From Hydrolagus affinis (Eukaryota), in contig JAAILG010000237.1 in NCBI GenBank assembly GCA_012026655.1, forward strand, positions 1-64,000: a DNA stretch of 64,000 nt. Direction: 5' to 3'. Below are positions 1 through 12,600 of the stretch, one piece after another. Below the pieces are notes generated by a model that had not been told where the DNA came from, made no database searches, and worked only from the letters and a program-made list of their open reading frames with translations. Position 1 is the first letter of the stretch, and every line of letters begins with the position of its first letter. Both the position numbers and the translations under genes were made by a program.

Positions 1-857
1 CCTTTCTATTATGTGTGCTCCACTATTGCCACCGCTGCCACTTGCAGCTAACATACAATGTTGTAGTTCAGCTGTTATTTAAGGACATATTAAATTATAA
101 AGCAAATTGGGTTATTACTGTGCCAACCGTTCAGTCAAAACAGGGAAGCATTGTCAGACAACTCCAGTATCTTTATCTAGGGTGGTGGGAAACTGGAGAA
201 ATCTGGTAAGACTGGTTAACACATTGGAGACTATCTGAAAGTCAGATTGACAACCCAGATGGAGAGACATTTAGCCTGCGTTACCTTGCTTTTTAACTGA
301 TGGAAAATAGTGATAAGTAAAAACTCATCAACTGTAGAGAACAGTCTTTACAGATTATAAAAAGGGAAGAATTAAAAATGCTTATGTTTAGCATTTCTCA
401 ATATAACCCACTCACTTTGTCACCTGCGAAACTCACACATTTCTAAATTTGGAGAGATTTGTCCACACACCCCCCGCCCCCCCTCCATATTTAAAATATA
501 CTGAGCACTTACTCATTTCACAAGCTCCACAAACAACACCCTCCTCCTGCACTCATCGCCTCACTTACTTGTCAAGGCTACACAGGGTTTAAGGAACCTA
601 ATTTAAAAGTGAGGAATTCTGCTCCCTGCCTGCCTTGCAAGCCTGGCTGTTTCAACAAGCATGAGAAAATAATTATTGAGAAAAAAAAGACTATTCTTCA
701 TGACTCTCCTACAGTTTGATACAATTTATTCTGTGGTATAGCTCAGGGTGTTCTACTGTGCAGGAGGCTTTCCAGGTCTTCGCTGCCAGCTCCGTGCTCA
801 TTCCTATTGGATCCCAATAATTCTAACAACATTTTAAAATGAAACATGCACACTTAC

Positions 858-3800
858 ATGCAGGCATTGTTGCAACTTCCACTGTCACAATACTTTTAAT
901 TCCCAGGTTCGATAAGGCACCTCTCACCAGCCCACAAGTAAATGCCAAATACTAGAAGAAAAACATATGTTATTACGCAGGAAAACCCAAACAGAAAGAG
1001 GTCATTCAGTCTATCGGGTGTTAGGTACCCTCTGGGCAAAGGAAAACTTCTGTTCTGATTTTGTCCTTTTGAAGTCCTAAAAACATTTCCACTTCTACTG
1101 TTTTGGTACATCCTAAAGTATTGTTCCAGGTTTACTTTTACAATTTAATTTATGTTTGATAATACCTCGATAAAGGCCTTCTCTGAGACATTTCTCAAGA
1201 CTGAAGAGTGGTGAATGATTGAGAAGGCAAAATATAGTGGTTTTATGTGGCAATTGCCACATAAAACCACTATACCATTGACTGGCATTTTCAAAGACAT
1301 TGGTGAGTAATGTAATTTTTAGTTTATTCTATTTGCCCTTCTATATTTCTCTCAACAGCTTTTTCCCCAATTTATTAACGCACAATAAAAAAAACTTTTC
1401 ACTTCTAAAGGGCACACATCACCTGCATTCGCAATAATTTACCAAGCTGATTGAAAGGATTGCAGATTTCTGATTAGGTTTTTTTTAAAGCACCAATAAC
1501 TCTGGATTGTGAGCAGTGAGTCATAAACTTGTAAAATGACAAAAATATAATTATAAATTCTTCAAGGTTCAATTGCCACTATGTTTTTCTACTTGTGCCA
1601 CATGATTTACTACACTAGTTGAAAAGAGCATTGTACAGAGTTGGTACTGTTACATGTGATGCATTAATTTAGCAAACTTACTGCCTTGCATTTCTGATCT
1701 CAGAGAAAACACCAAATATTTTATCTGTTCTTCTACACCATTATATTATTCACCAAAGCAGCTACAACTAGAACATCCTGGATGTTGCCCATATTTAGTT
1801 GAAGCACAGACTTCATTATCTACTTAACTGTTCATTAATTCACTTTCACATCCTCCCAAACTATATTAAGCAAAACAAACTAGTAATTCGATTATGGGAA
1901 TTGGTGTAGTTTCTCCAAATTGGTCAGAGTAATATTTGCTATGGCAACAGCATACAATGAATAAATCTTGCAGCGCCTTGGGACATTACCCCTCCCCCCA
2001 AGTGAAAGGCGATGTAATTATTGTTGTTGCTAAAAGATTCACTGGATGTACTTTAAGATGTTTTAAGATATTTTGTAGGTGAATATAAATATGAAAATTA
2101 CAGATTTATCATTATTCTATATAGTATTATACTACATGTACTGGATATGTTATACAACATATCCATTACTACAGATTTATTAACACAAGTCAATAAGGGG
2201 GAACTGGAGATTTCAAAAAGAGGGGCCACAGCATATATGTTAAGTACACCACCACTAAGCTGAGGGTTTATCTTTTTAAATAGTTTCTCAATCCAATATT
2301 GCTTCCTCATATAGTTAATGCTCAATATTCAAAGCAGCACACTTTTCTGACCTTCAACAAATGTTACATCAGTTCAGAAGGGTATTTTTTTTAAATGTTA
2401 CATTTTTTGGTTGATCTTAAAAGTTGTTTGACTGAAATCGATTCCTGTAGGTGTGTGATATGCATTGTCTGGCTGTGCTCAGCAATAGGTTTGATCTATC
2501 TACTGCTGACCTCTACAGGCGATATCTGGCTAAAACATCACTGCATTGCAGTAATGCAGTAATGATTCAGATCCAATGAAAAGTCGAATACAAACTCAGT
2601 GTAAAGAGTACATTTAACTGAGGTTATCAAAACAAATGGCATTTAGTTTCAGATTCATTACTTCAAAAGTAATTGCATTCCTTGCCAGATCCCCCCCAAA
2701 TACTTTTTTAGATCAAATATACAAACTAAGAAATATATATCAACTTGGTACATTCTCCCAATAGGAAAGGCACAATACAATTGTAATTTTCCATTGTATT
2801 AATTCGCATCCAGTCCTCATGGTGGTTTTTATAAAGTGCAACATTATTATACCTCAACCACTCACTCCCCCCCAAACCAATTTAGGGGGTCCGGGGGGGG
2901 AGGGGAGAATTATTTCAGCCCATTCTATTAGCTGAGATGGAGCACTTACATTTTCAAATGATTTGATAGGTTTGTCTACTCACTCAAGAAAATCAAAGAT
3001 ATACCTTAGGTGCATGTTCCAAGTATTGCTTCCCTCCAGACATCGGAGTCAGAAGCCGGAACTTGTTGTCTTGGAGAACATAAATACCCTGCAAAATTAC
3101 AAAGGAAGGCAATTCTTCAAAAGGTTAAAAAGGTATGGGTGAATACTAGTATATTTTAGTCATCTTGTATCAGTATTTAATTAAAGCTGTACAAATAGAA
3201 ATTAAAAATGCTTCCTACTAGATTAAACCAAATAAAATTCTTAGAGTTTGACATTCGCCCACATAACATTTACTGCACTTTATAGTATATTATTGTGAAA
3301 TTCTTTGCAACATGAAAAGCCAAATATAAGAATTATGATTATTGACATATATACCTCATTTTACAAAATGCCTTCAAGTTATTAACTTCACCATTTCTTA
3401 ATTCCACACAGGTTTACATTTTTAAGGCACATAGAGTTAACAAACAACTAATATAGTTACATTTCTAACCATTACCTGATGGTTGGTCCGAAGGTTATCA
3501 ATTTGCTTTTTGAACACACTGGTCCAGAAATCTTTACAGATGAACTTCATGACATCCAATTCATCTTTGAATCGTGCAGTATCTTTTGTAAACCTTTGAT
3601 GAAACCGAACAACACTGAATACCCAACCATTTTATATTATTGAAAATAATCACGGTCTCAGCTTTTGCTGAATCAACAGTCAAAAACAAATAATAATCCT
3701 TGCACTTGATATACCACACGTTTCACAGGGGTAGATGTATTAATTCATCATTTGTGGGTTAGTCACAAATCTACTCAACTTGTTCCAAGTTCAGAGAGGG

Positions 3801-6800
3801 AGTCCCATCTTTAGAAGTATGATATATTAAGCTTGTAAAGTATTACACAACTTTGGAAGACAAACAAACTGCAACATGACAGAAAAAACCAAAGCAATTT
3901 GTGCCTTTCAATAAGGTACAAGCCACTACATTACGACTGCCCCATTTTTTGTATGATATAATAAAGAAACAGGTTCCAATCTTCTTCTAACACAAGTATG
4001 TAAGACTTAATGGAAATCAGCGCACTGATACTAGCATTATAGTAACACAACATCAGCAACATAGTAACAACTGACAAACTAACAGAAGAGTAATACAAGG
4101 ACTCCAGTCTGGTGAGTACCTTCTAAAATATACAGGAACATCAAACTAACTGATAAAAATAAAATGCTGGAAATCCATAGCAAATCAGTCAATATTTGCA
4201 ATATAACGACAGGTTAATGTTTTATCCAACTTTCGCAATAGCTAGTTTTGAAAATATATTTCAGATATTTACAGAAAAAAAATGCATTGCCTTAAAACCA
4301 TTAAATTCAAATCTAACTTATTGGCCTATTCACCAGCTGACAATTGCCACAAATGTGTGGTTTACAAAACCTGTCTGAAATCTTGTTACAGTGAGACTTC
4401 AGGATGAAAATGTAATTTAGAGCATCTTTTTCTTTATTCACTTTCATTTCCAATGAAACAGAACAAATAATGTAATTTCTAAAAAGTAAGCCTAATGTAT
4501 TGCTGCAGTCCCCCGAAGAGCTAGAACAGAGGCAACTATTTAAACAATTGTACTATATATATTTTAGGAATAATTTATGCACTTATTTAAAAACCATTAA
4601 AGCAACATTTTAAACTGGATTTTCAAACAAATACTACTTTCATATAATCTTCTAAAACGAAAAGTTTCTATATTAGCTCTTAATGAAAGGAAAATCAAGG
4701 CAAAGTTAAAAACAAAGTTGCCAGGCAGTAAAGGTGTAAAAGTGATCCCAAGATGTATCACATAAACCCACCACATAAAAATATTCAACTAAAAGCCTAT
4801 TTGATCACTTCACCCAGTCATTTGCTGGTGCTCCACTAGTCCTGTTCTCTAAAGCAAGCCATTACAATACAGATCAAAGATAAACAGTAAACAAATGTGA
4901 TATCAAAATTCTTCAAATTCTATCATTGCTTGTTACCTTTCTATTAATCCTTGTCCTACTCTGAATCCCATGTTCTCCAGCTTTGTGACGCATCTTCCAC
5001 TTTCCTAAGAAAAAAAGAAACCTTTGGCTGATAAGAAATTGTTGACCAGAGCCAAAGTACAGCACAACATGCTCAGTTGCATTCCACACCTGCCAGTTGT
5101 GAGCCCTTCCGTCAGTCCTCTTTCATAGCATATCACAAATTGAATTGCAATCTTTATCTTTTGTTTGATCAAACAAACCATAAATTGTGTTTCTCTACTA
5201 ATACAAAATAAGTTTATTTGAACAATAATCTGTTCATTTTCAAAACACTATATTGTCTTTGTGTTAGGCAGGACTTGACGATTGAACAAAAAATTTAACA
5301 GAAAGATGCGGAAAAATAAAGGATTCTTTATAATCAATACAACATTTGAAAATGATGCTCAGAACTGGGAAAACTTTTTTGTGCAGTAGTTCAGATCTAC
5401 ACAATAATATTAATATTTGCATTTGATATAGCGCTTTTCACGTCTTCTAGACGTCTCAAAGCGCTTCACAGGATATACTGTAAAGTTAATTGACTATATT
5501 TTTGTGGGCAAAACGGCACAGTAGAAAAGGCAACATCATTTTGTAGCAATTATTTTAGAGAATATATCACAACAGTCTAAAATAAATGTCTTGACTTCAT
5601 AATGCCTTTTTTAAAAAAAAACAAAAGTGAAACCATAAAATATCTGTCTTAGCAGCTCTTTCTTTCCATTGACTTTAAGGGAAAGCAGCACATCATAAAA
5701 TCTTCTTACAGTAACCACAACCCTGAGATTTAAGAAGTTTATATTTAGGAATCAACTATCCAATATTTAAATATAAATTAGCATCAAAGTAACTTGCACA
5801 AATGTACAATATTTTCACCCACAAATATATAGTCGGTTTTCCTGCTCTCCTTCCCCCTAACCCCTCCCCTTGCCATCTTTCCTCTCTTCCCTAATCCCAC
5901 TTCCATGACTGTTTGTGGGACACTGCTGTGTGTAATTTGGCTGCCGTATTTTGCCCACAAATATACAGTCAATTCTCCTACTCTGCTTCATCCTGTCCAA
6001 CCACCCCCCCACCCCACTCACCCGCTCTTGTCCCTACCTGACTGTACAGTGCCTTGGGACATCCTCTCGACGTAAAAGGTGCTATATAAATGTAAGTTTG
6101 GATTGATTGATTTACAGTATATTCTGTGAAGCGCTTTGAGACATCTGGAAGATGTGAAATACGCTACATCAAATGGAAGGATGATTATTATTTTTATATA
6201 TTCAGTTGCTTCTTATCAATGTTTTACAACAGACAATGAAATTCCACAGTAATGGATTTACTGTAAATGTCTCCATTGTTCCTCATTTTGGCAGAAGGAA
6301 TGTATTATTTTGGTCACAGTTCTGAACTTCCTTCTTGTATTAAAAGTGGAAGTGTGAGAGTTTCTAAAAGGCACTTAGTTTAGCCCTGTCATAAACAGGC
6401 ATAGGTGGATTCAGTCTACAAACAAAATTTAAATATAATTGGGGGGTCCACTCAAGCAGCTTCTCAATGGGAGCTTACATTTCAGCTTCTACATACATAC
6501 ATTTGCACTTAAACAACCTCCTGCTTAATTCTGATTGAAGAGTTTTTAGCCAAGTCACTTAAGTTCTTAAGTTTATGAGAACAAACGTCATTTTTAAAAC
6601 GTCCAGATGTTTGCTGCAAGTGGTACAAATAAAGCAGAGCACTGACATTAGTTGTGGATAACACCCAACTCTATCTTTCTGTCTCTACCCTTGATTCCAA
6701 GACCACTACTGTCCTGACAAACTGCCTGTCAGACATCAAATCTTGGATGAGAGCTAACTTTCTACAATTGAATGTCAACAAGATGGAGCTCCTCCTGATT

Positions 6801-7775
6801 GGTTCAAGCCAACCACTTCACAAATCAGGCACTGGCAGCATCAACCACCATGTTTGCACACTCAACCTCACCAAGCCAGTCAAGAACCTAGGTGTCTTGT
6901 TCAACCCTCAACTGTTTTTCTTCCCACACATCCAAGCCATGACCCTCACCTTCGCAACATTTCCCAACTCCGCCACTACCTCACCCCTCAGGCTACTGAA
7001 ACTCTCATTCATGCCTTCATAATATCTCTGCTCGACTACACCAATACCCTGCTTGTCGGCCTTCCCAACTCCTCCTTCCATAGGCTGTAGATCATCCAGA
7101 ACTCTGCAACCCGTGTCCTCCACCGCTCCGAGCTCCGTGACCACATCTCCCCCATTCTCGCCTGACTCCATTGGCTCCCCATCACCCAGAGGATTCAATT
7201 CAAAATCCTGTCCTCGCATTCAAAGCCCTCCACGGCCTCGCTCCCACCCTACCTATACAACCTCCTCACCCCCTACCCCAACCTGCCCGTCCCCTCTGCC
7301 CTGCAGGCTCTGGCCTGCTGCACTTCCCCCGACCTACCCGCACCACCAGGTGAGCCTTCAGCCACTCTGCCCCCAGCCTCTGGAATTCCATCCTGCAGTC
7401 CCACCGCCTCGCCCCCTCCCTAGCCTCCCAAATCTCGCCTCAAGACCCTCCTCTTCAATAGTCCCATCGGTCATCCCAAATCCCTCCCTTTCCCTCCACC
7501 CTCCCCGTCCCCAACCCGGGTCTGAAACACTGACTGTCCAGCACCTTGGGACGTCCTCCTGACGTGAAAGTCGTTACACGTGTAATTGTGTGGTTGTTAT
7601 CTGGGAGTCGAGCTGAAGAATGGAGACATGAAAAAAGCAGGTCATCTCTGTCTTATTTCAGTCCGTCTCTCCCCGGGACAGGCCCGATCCTTACCATATC
7701 TCCCTGCTCCGCCGCCTTGTACATGTAAGAGACCATCTCCATGTGCAGGAACTGGAAGAGAGCCTCGTCTGCCAT
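858..7775 (-). CDS. TRAPPC6B: Trafficking protein particle complex subunit 6B; coding exons 7775-7695, 5004-4937, 3593-3476, 3088-3005, 951-858; final short exon not found in window
   Basis: Spliced translation [148 protein letters not shown]; all junctions GT-AG with consistent phases (81,68,118,84,94 nt); neighbour of PNN as in mammals. Confidence 0.95.
1233..1274. repeat. Perfect 42-bp palindrome
   Basis: TATAGTGGTTTTATGTGGCAA|TTGCCACATAAAACCACTATA. Confidence 0.97.
5408..5520 (-). mobile_element. SINE 3' tail fragment (Deu/L2-tail family)
   Basis: Reverse complement of the shared tail tacagtatattctgtgaagcgctttgagacgtctagaagacgtgaaaagcgctatatcaaatgcaa. Confidence 0.7.
5880..6192 (+). mobile_element. 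Deu-type SINE body interrupted by an L2 3' tail (nested insertion)
   Basis: gtgggacactgctgtgtgtaatttggctgccg core, then C-rich L2 tail ending aaaggtgctatataaatgtaag, then SINE tail resumes at ~6110. Confidence 0.65.
6654..7590 (+). mobile_element. L2-clade LINE, 5'-truncated 3' fragment (decayed reverse transcriptase C-terminus plus tail)
   Basis: ORF fragments (D)[55 protein letters not shown] are typical of L2 ORF2; frameshifts and stops; ends in cagcaccttgggacgtcctcctgacgtgaaag tail. Confidence 0.9.
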
Positions 7776-8030
7776 GTCCTGCTTGTTCATCCTGCGGACA
7801 TCAGTGGGGATGGAGGGAGGGAGGCAGGGCGGGGAGGGGAGGGCGCTGGGGGCCTGGAGAGGGACAGGCGGCGGGCTGGCGGGTGGGTGGGTGGTGAAGA
7901 AACCGCTTGCTCATGGACCCGATACCGGGAGACTCACCTCCCGACAGCTCCGGCCCCGGGAGCCGTTACCCCAGCAACGCCCGGAGCTGCTGCCACGCCC
8001 CTTCCGGTCCCGGTTGAAAGCGCATGAGAG
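7776..8030 (-). promoter_or_regulatory. TRAPPC6B CpG-rich promoter and probable non-coding first exon (donor at 7937, acceptor at 7792)
   Basis: On the minus strand: GAG|GTGAGT donor at 7938/7937, C-rich polypyrimidine tract ending tccgcAG at 7792, ETS-type CCGGAAG near 8000, high CpG density. Confidence 0.6.
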
Positions 8031-8429
8031 GCTGTGGGGGGAACAGACATTGGACTGCGCCTCACACAGAGAGAGACAACCCCCAAAGTGAATTGTTTTA
8101 TTATTTTACTGATGCATTGCTCGGTGCCCGATGCCAAACAGTAATCTGTTGAGGTCAATACATAATATATCATTATTCACCCGGGGGGGGGGGGGAAGTG
8201 TACACAGTCACAGCAATGTAATAGCTTTATTACCTTTGAACTAAACAACTTTAAAGTAAATGCTGTTCCGATTTTGTCAATGGCCTTTTGTGATTCAATT
8301 CATAAAACTGATGATATGATTATCAGATTCTGGTGACTGAATCTAGTCTTTTGTGAGTCATATGAGTAAAATTGAATGGAAATTTACAGTGTTTTTGGTA
8401 CAGTAATTTCGATACAGTATTACAACAGC

Positions 8430-8990
8430 AACAAAATTACACTTGTATAGCGCCTTTCACGCCAGGAGGAGGTCCATTTACTAACTGAGATTGAAGGAAC
8501 TCATTTATAACAATATTTACAACCAAAATCTGCTGTGAATTCCACCTTTGGTCATATTATTAGACAACTTATTATTAAGTACTATATAGGAATAGGAAGA
8601 TTTCTCCTAATACTTTATTTAATAATAATAATTTGGCCGATCAATGCACAAATGTTTGCGGGACACTGCTGTGTGCAATTGGCTGCCGAGTTTTGGCCAC
8701 AAACTACACAGTTGAATCATTTTACAGTACTGTATTAAAATAATTATCCCCCAACCTTTGGAATTCCATCCCGTAATCCCTCCACCTCGACCCGTCCCAG
8801 CCTCCTTCAAGTCCCCCCTCAAGACTCTCCTATTTGATGGTGCCATCGTTCAACCCCCACCCCCCCCCCCCACCATTCCCCATCCTTCGCTCCACTCTCC
8901 CCGATTCTAACCCCAGTTTGGGTCCAAAACACTGAATGCTTTGGGACGTCCTGGCGACGTGAAAGGCAATATACAAATGTTGTAATGTTG
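8430..8990. mobile_element. Cluster of L2 tails and a SINE core fragment between the TRAPPC6B and PNN promoters
   Basis: Minus-strand L2 tail ~8430-8475, SINE core ~8620-8735, plus-strand L2 3' end ~8748-8990 similar to 7370-7590. Confidence 0.7.
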
Positions 8991-8994
8991 TTGT

Positions 8995-9293
8995 GGAGTC
9001 CTGTAGCTCAGTGGTTACAGCACTCGCCTCACAAATGAGAGACCTTGGTTCGATTCCCAACAGGGTAATACCTTGGGCAAGTTTCCTTATTCCACACGCC
9101 TAATAATCCTTAAATAAAAGTAATAATTTGGTCACTCAATCCACGACTGTATGTGGGACACTGCTGTGCGCAATTGGCCGCCGCATTTCGCCTACAAATA
9201 TACCAGCCAATTCACTTTACAGTATATTCTGTGAAGCGCTTTGAGACGTCTAGAAGACGCTTTCTTTGTCAAATGCAGGGATTATTATTATTA
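8995..9293 (+). mobile_element. Near full-length tRNA-derived SINE (Deu-domain type, L2-like tail)
   Basis: A box TAGCTCAGTGG, B box GGTTCGATTCC, central gtgggacactgctgtgcgcaattggccgccgcattt, tail ending (att)n; multiple copies in window. Confidence 0.85.
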
Positions 9294-9479
9294 TCCTGTA
9301 AAGCTCTTTGAGACGTTGCAATGACAATAATTAGGTGTTACATCAAATGCAAAAAAATCATTCATTGCAAGGATTAGTATTATATTAATTTATATCCTAT
9401 CAGTCCAACCCAACACTTACTGTACAGTACAGTACAGGACTTGGCTTTCCTTGTCTACGGGTCTTGTCTCTCAACTTGC

Positions 9480-9660
9480 CTTGAACCGAATATCGCCGCT
9501 TGGCATTGGTCGGCTTCTATTGTGACGCAAGAGCGCCAGATAGCACGTTGCTGTGATCTGCCGACCGCCTCTTACCCAGGGTGCTCTGCGCGTGCGCGGA
9601 CCGGGTGAGCGAGCGAGAGTGGGGGGGGCGAGTGAGGAGAAGGAAAAAGAAAGATGGCGG
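9480..9660 (+). promoter_or_regulatory. PNN CpG-island promoter
   Basis: ATTGG (inverted CCAAT) 9505-9509, TGACGCAA CRE/ATF-like 9523-9530, NRF1-like TGCGCGTGCGC 9587-9597, GC box, YY1-type AAGATGGCGG over the start codon. Confidence 0.65.
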
Positions 9661-12600
9661 TGGCTGTGAGGGCTTTGCAAGATGAGCTGGAGAAGGCGAA
9701 AGAAAGTTTGAAGAATGTAGACGAGAATATCCGCAAGCTGACCGGGCGTGACCCGAACGACGTCAGGTGAGCGCCATGGGAGCCGCGCCGCTCAGTATTT
9801 GCAGGAGGAGGGAGAGGGGAGAGTTGTGCTCTGTCTGTCTGTGTGTCTCTGTCTATCTGGTGCCTTTAATCTGGCGGCGGCTCCTGGTTGTGGAGGTAGC
9901 GGGGCGCCGGCCCCTCTCTCTCTCTCATACACACACACTCATGTACTCACCTACCTGGGGGAGGGGGTTTGTTTAAGGCCAGCCCATGGCAAAGAGCCTC
10001 CGCTCCTATCTGCCGCTCTTTCACCCCTTCCCCCCCCGCCCCCCACACACAGGCTAGAGCCTGCCACGCTAGGCCCTCCTACACGCTGTCGCCGAGTGTG
10101 TGTCCTCAGTGACCCAGGGAAGAGACGGTTTGTTCTTTGCCCTCTTCTCAATAAATAATTATTATTATTACCCCCCCCACCCCCCGCACACACACACACA
10201 CACACAGTCCTGCCAGGCTAAAGGGTAAAGAATATCTCATAGTCCACATACAGGTTGACGGTTTGGTTGAAGTGACTGCTCGACGCTTGTTTTAAACTAT
10301 GTGATTGTGGTAGACAATAATAAAAAGCCTTCCCTTTTATGATTAATTGATTCTGCAGTTATTTCTTCCTCGCACTTCTCTTGATCTATTTCGTCCGCAA
10401 TTCTCTCGGTATATTTCAACGCCTTTGGGAAATCCTGCCGACGTGAAAGGCGCTCTATAAATGTAATTCTGTTGTCTAATAATCTGACAAAATGCGGAAT
10501 TCACTGCAGTTTTATTGTAAATATTTACTATGAGTTACTTAAATCTTCAATTATTAAGTAATATTTCTACAATTCTTCTTGAACACCAGGTCAAGCCTCT
10601 ATGTATTGAACAAGTTTTTCTCGGTTGAAAAGGATATTTACCATCATTTTAAAAAAAAACACTCTTGATAGTTTTGTTCAACTTCAATTTTAAATAACGC
10701 AGTGGTCATGATTTTCAGTAGTAATAATTGACTGTATATTTGTGGGTGAAACATGACAGCCAATTGTGCACAGCAGTGTCCCACAACAGTCTTGAATTGA
10801 GATGACCAATCTATTATTTTTTTGAGGGAATATTATCAGATTTGTAGAGTAAGGAAACTTGCACAAGGTTTCACTCTACGGGAATCGAAACCAGGTCTCT
10901 CGTTTATAAGGCGAGTGCTCTAACCACTCCACAATACCTGTATTGTATATATGTATGTATGCAAGCTGGAGCAACTTTCCACGACCTCTATCTTAGTGCC
11001 TAGATAATGGTAAATCTATGATTTTACTTAATCTAAACTCGCGTACGACTGCTTAAAAATGCAGTGCATCTTGGATTTATTTGGTACCTAACCAGCCTGC
11101 TGAAGTCAGCAGTGTTGAATTAAATGGTTGGGTTGATGTCCACCGTTCCACTTTTTAAATTAGGAAATAGAGTTAGAAAAGTGTGTGTTTTTAACTTTGA
11201 TGGAGTGATTGATGGTTTAAATGTATGGCTTATATTTGATTTTCAATGCAGACCTGGTCAAGCTAGGCGGCTATCCATCCCAGGCCCTGGTGGAGGTAGG
11301 GGGCGTGGAATTGGATTACTTCGGTAAGAGTTGTTTGCCTTTGGGTTTCTATACATTCATTGTTTGCTGTTAATATATAGTTTCTATGAAGTAGACAAAG
11401 TATTCTATATGTTTGCTTATATGCTTATACCATATGCTTATTATTTCAAAATTTGTAATAAAGGTTAACTTTTTTAACATTGCACAGATTAAAGCATAAG
11501 AAAACCTCAAAAATAAAATGACCCGTTTTAAATTAAAACAACGATTAGCAGATAAATCAGTATTTGAAAGAGAGACAGTTTCTAGTATGACCTTTCCTGA
11601 TCAGTTGCTGATATTCCATACATTGTATGACACTCCTCATTACACAATTGTGTAACTTTCATTGTGTTGGATTTGAATACTAACTAGTGATTTGGGATGT
11701 GTAACGACTTGAGAGGACCTTTTATAATACAATTTGTTATTGTTGCTTTGTTGTGGAAAAGCTGAGAATTTAATTTTGGCTTGTGATATAAAAAAGAAAC
11801 TAATAGTAAAATATGAATGTGGTAACATTAGCTGACTTGTTATTGCTATCATACTAGGCGTGGACTCTCAGATAGCGGAGGAGGACCCCCAGCCAAGCAA
11901 CGAGATTTGGAAGGGGCCATCAGCAGGTATGTGGTATCGGTGAGAATGGTGGTGATAGGATTGTGGGTGCAGTGGAGAGGATTCAAGTGGCAAAGTTCTG
12001 GATGATCTGGAGCTGGGGAGACAAAATTTTGCATTGCTTGTTTACAAAATGTTTGAATGAGAACTGATTGTTAATGTGTACTTTCTTTAAACAGGCTGGG
12101 AGAACGTCGGTCTAGGAGAGAGTCACGTCAGGACAGCGACGCGGAGGATGATGATGATACAAAAAAGGTACAGCATGTTTGTGTGAACGTTGTTTAAGAC
12201 CAGGTGGCTTTGGGCTCAAATCAAGTTTGGTTTATTTAACCCTTTGAAGTTTAAAAATCCTCTGGAGCTAGGTACTTAGATAAACCTAGCACCAGGTAGA
12301 TCCAGATTAATCAAAGCTAATAGATACCCTAGTAAGGCAAATTCCATATTGTACATATACAGGGTTTTTTTAATTAGGTTTTGCAGTGAATTGTTATTTT
12401 TGCAGCCAGCGTTGCAGTCTTCTGTTGTTGCTACCTCCAAAGAAAGAACCCGCCGAGACCTTATACAAGATCAAACCATGGATGAAAAGGGAAAAGAAAG
12501 GTAAGCGTTTATCTCTGACTTCTCTGGTAATAGGGTGATAAAGTAGAACAGAATTACATTTGTATCGCACCTTTCACTTCAGCAGAATGTCAAAAAGTGC

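Noticed and set aside
399-430. Possible TRAPPC6B terminal exon (ttcgcAG|GTGACAAAG on the minus strand)
   Set aside because: Would encode CDKVSGLY*, unlike the expected CKFQV-type ending; the true last exon is probably outside the window
2503-2523. Second CTCF-like motif (CCTGTAGAGGTCAGCA on minus); also 40220-40236
   Set aside because: Mismatches in the core and no supporting context; cannot be told from chance by eye
8995-9066. tRNA-like sequences (also 10870-10930, 19900-19959, 33639-33710)
   Set aside because: They are SINE heads: anticodon arms vary between copies and each continues into the SINE core and tail; not tRNA genes
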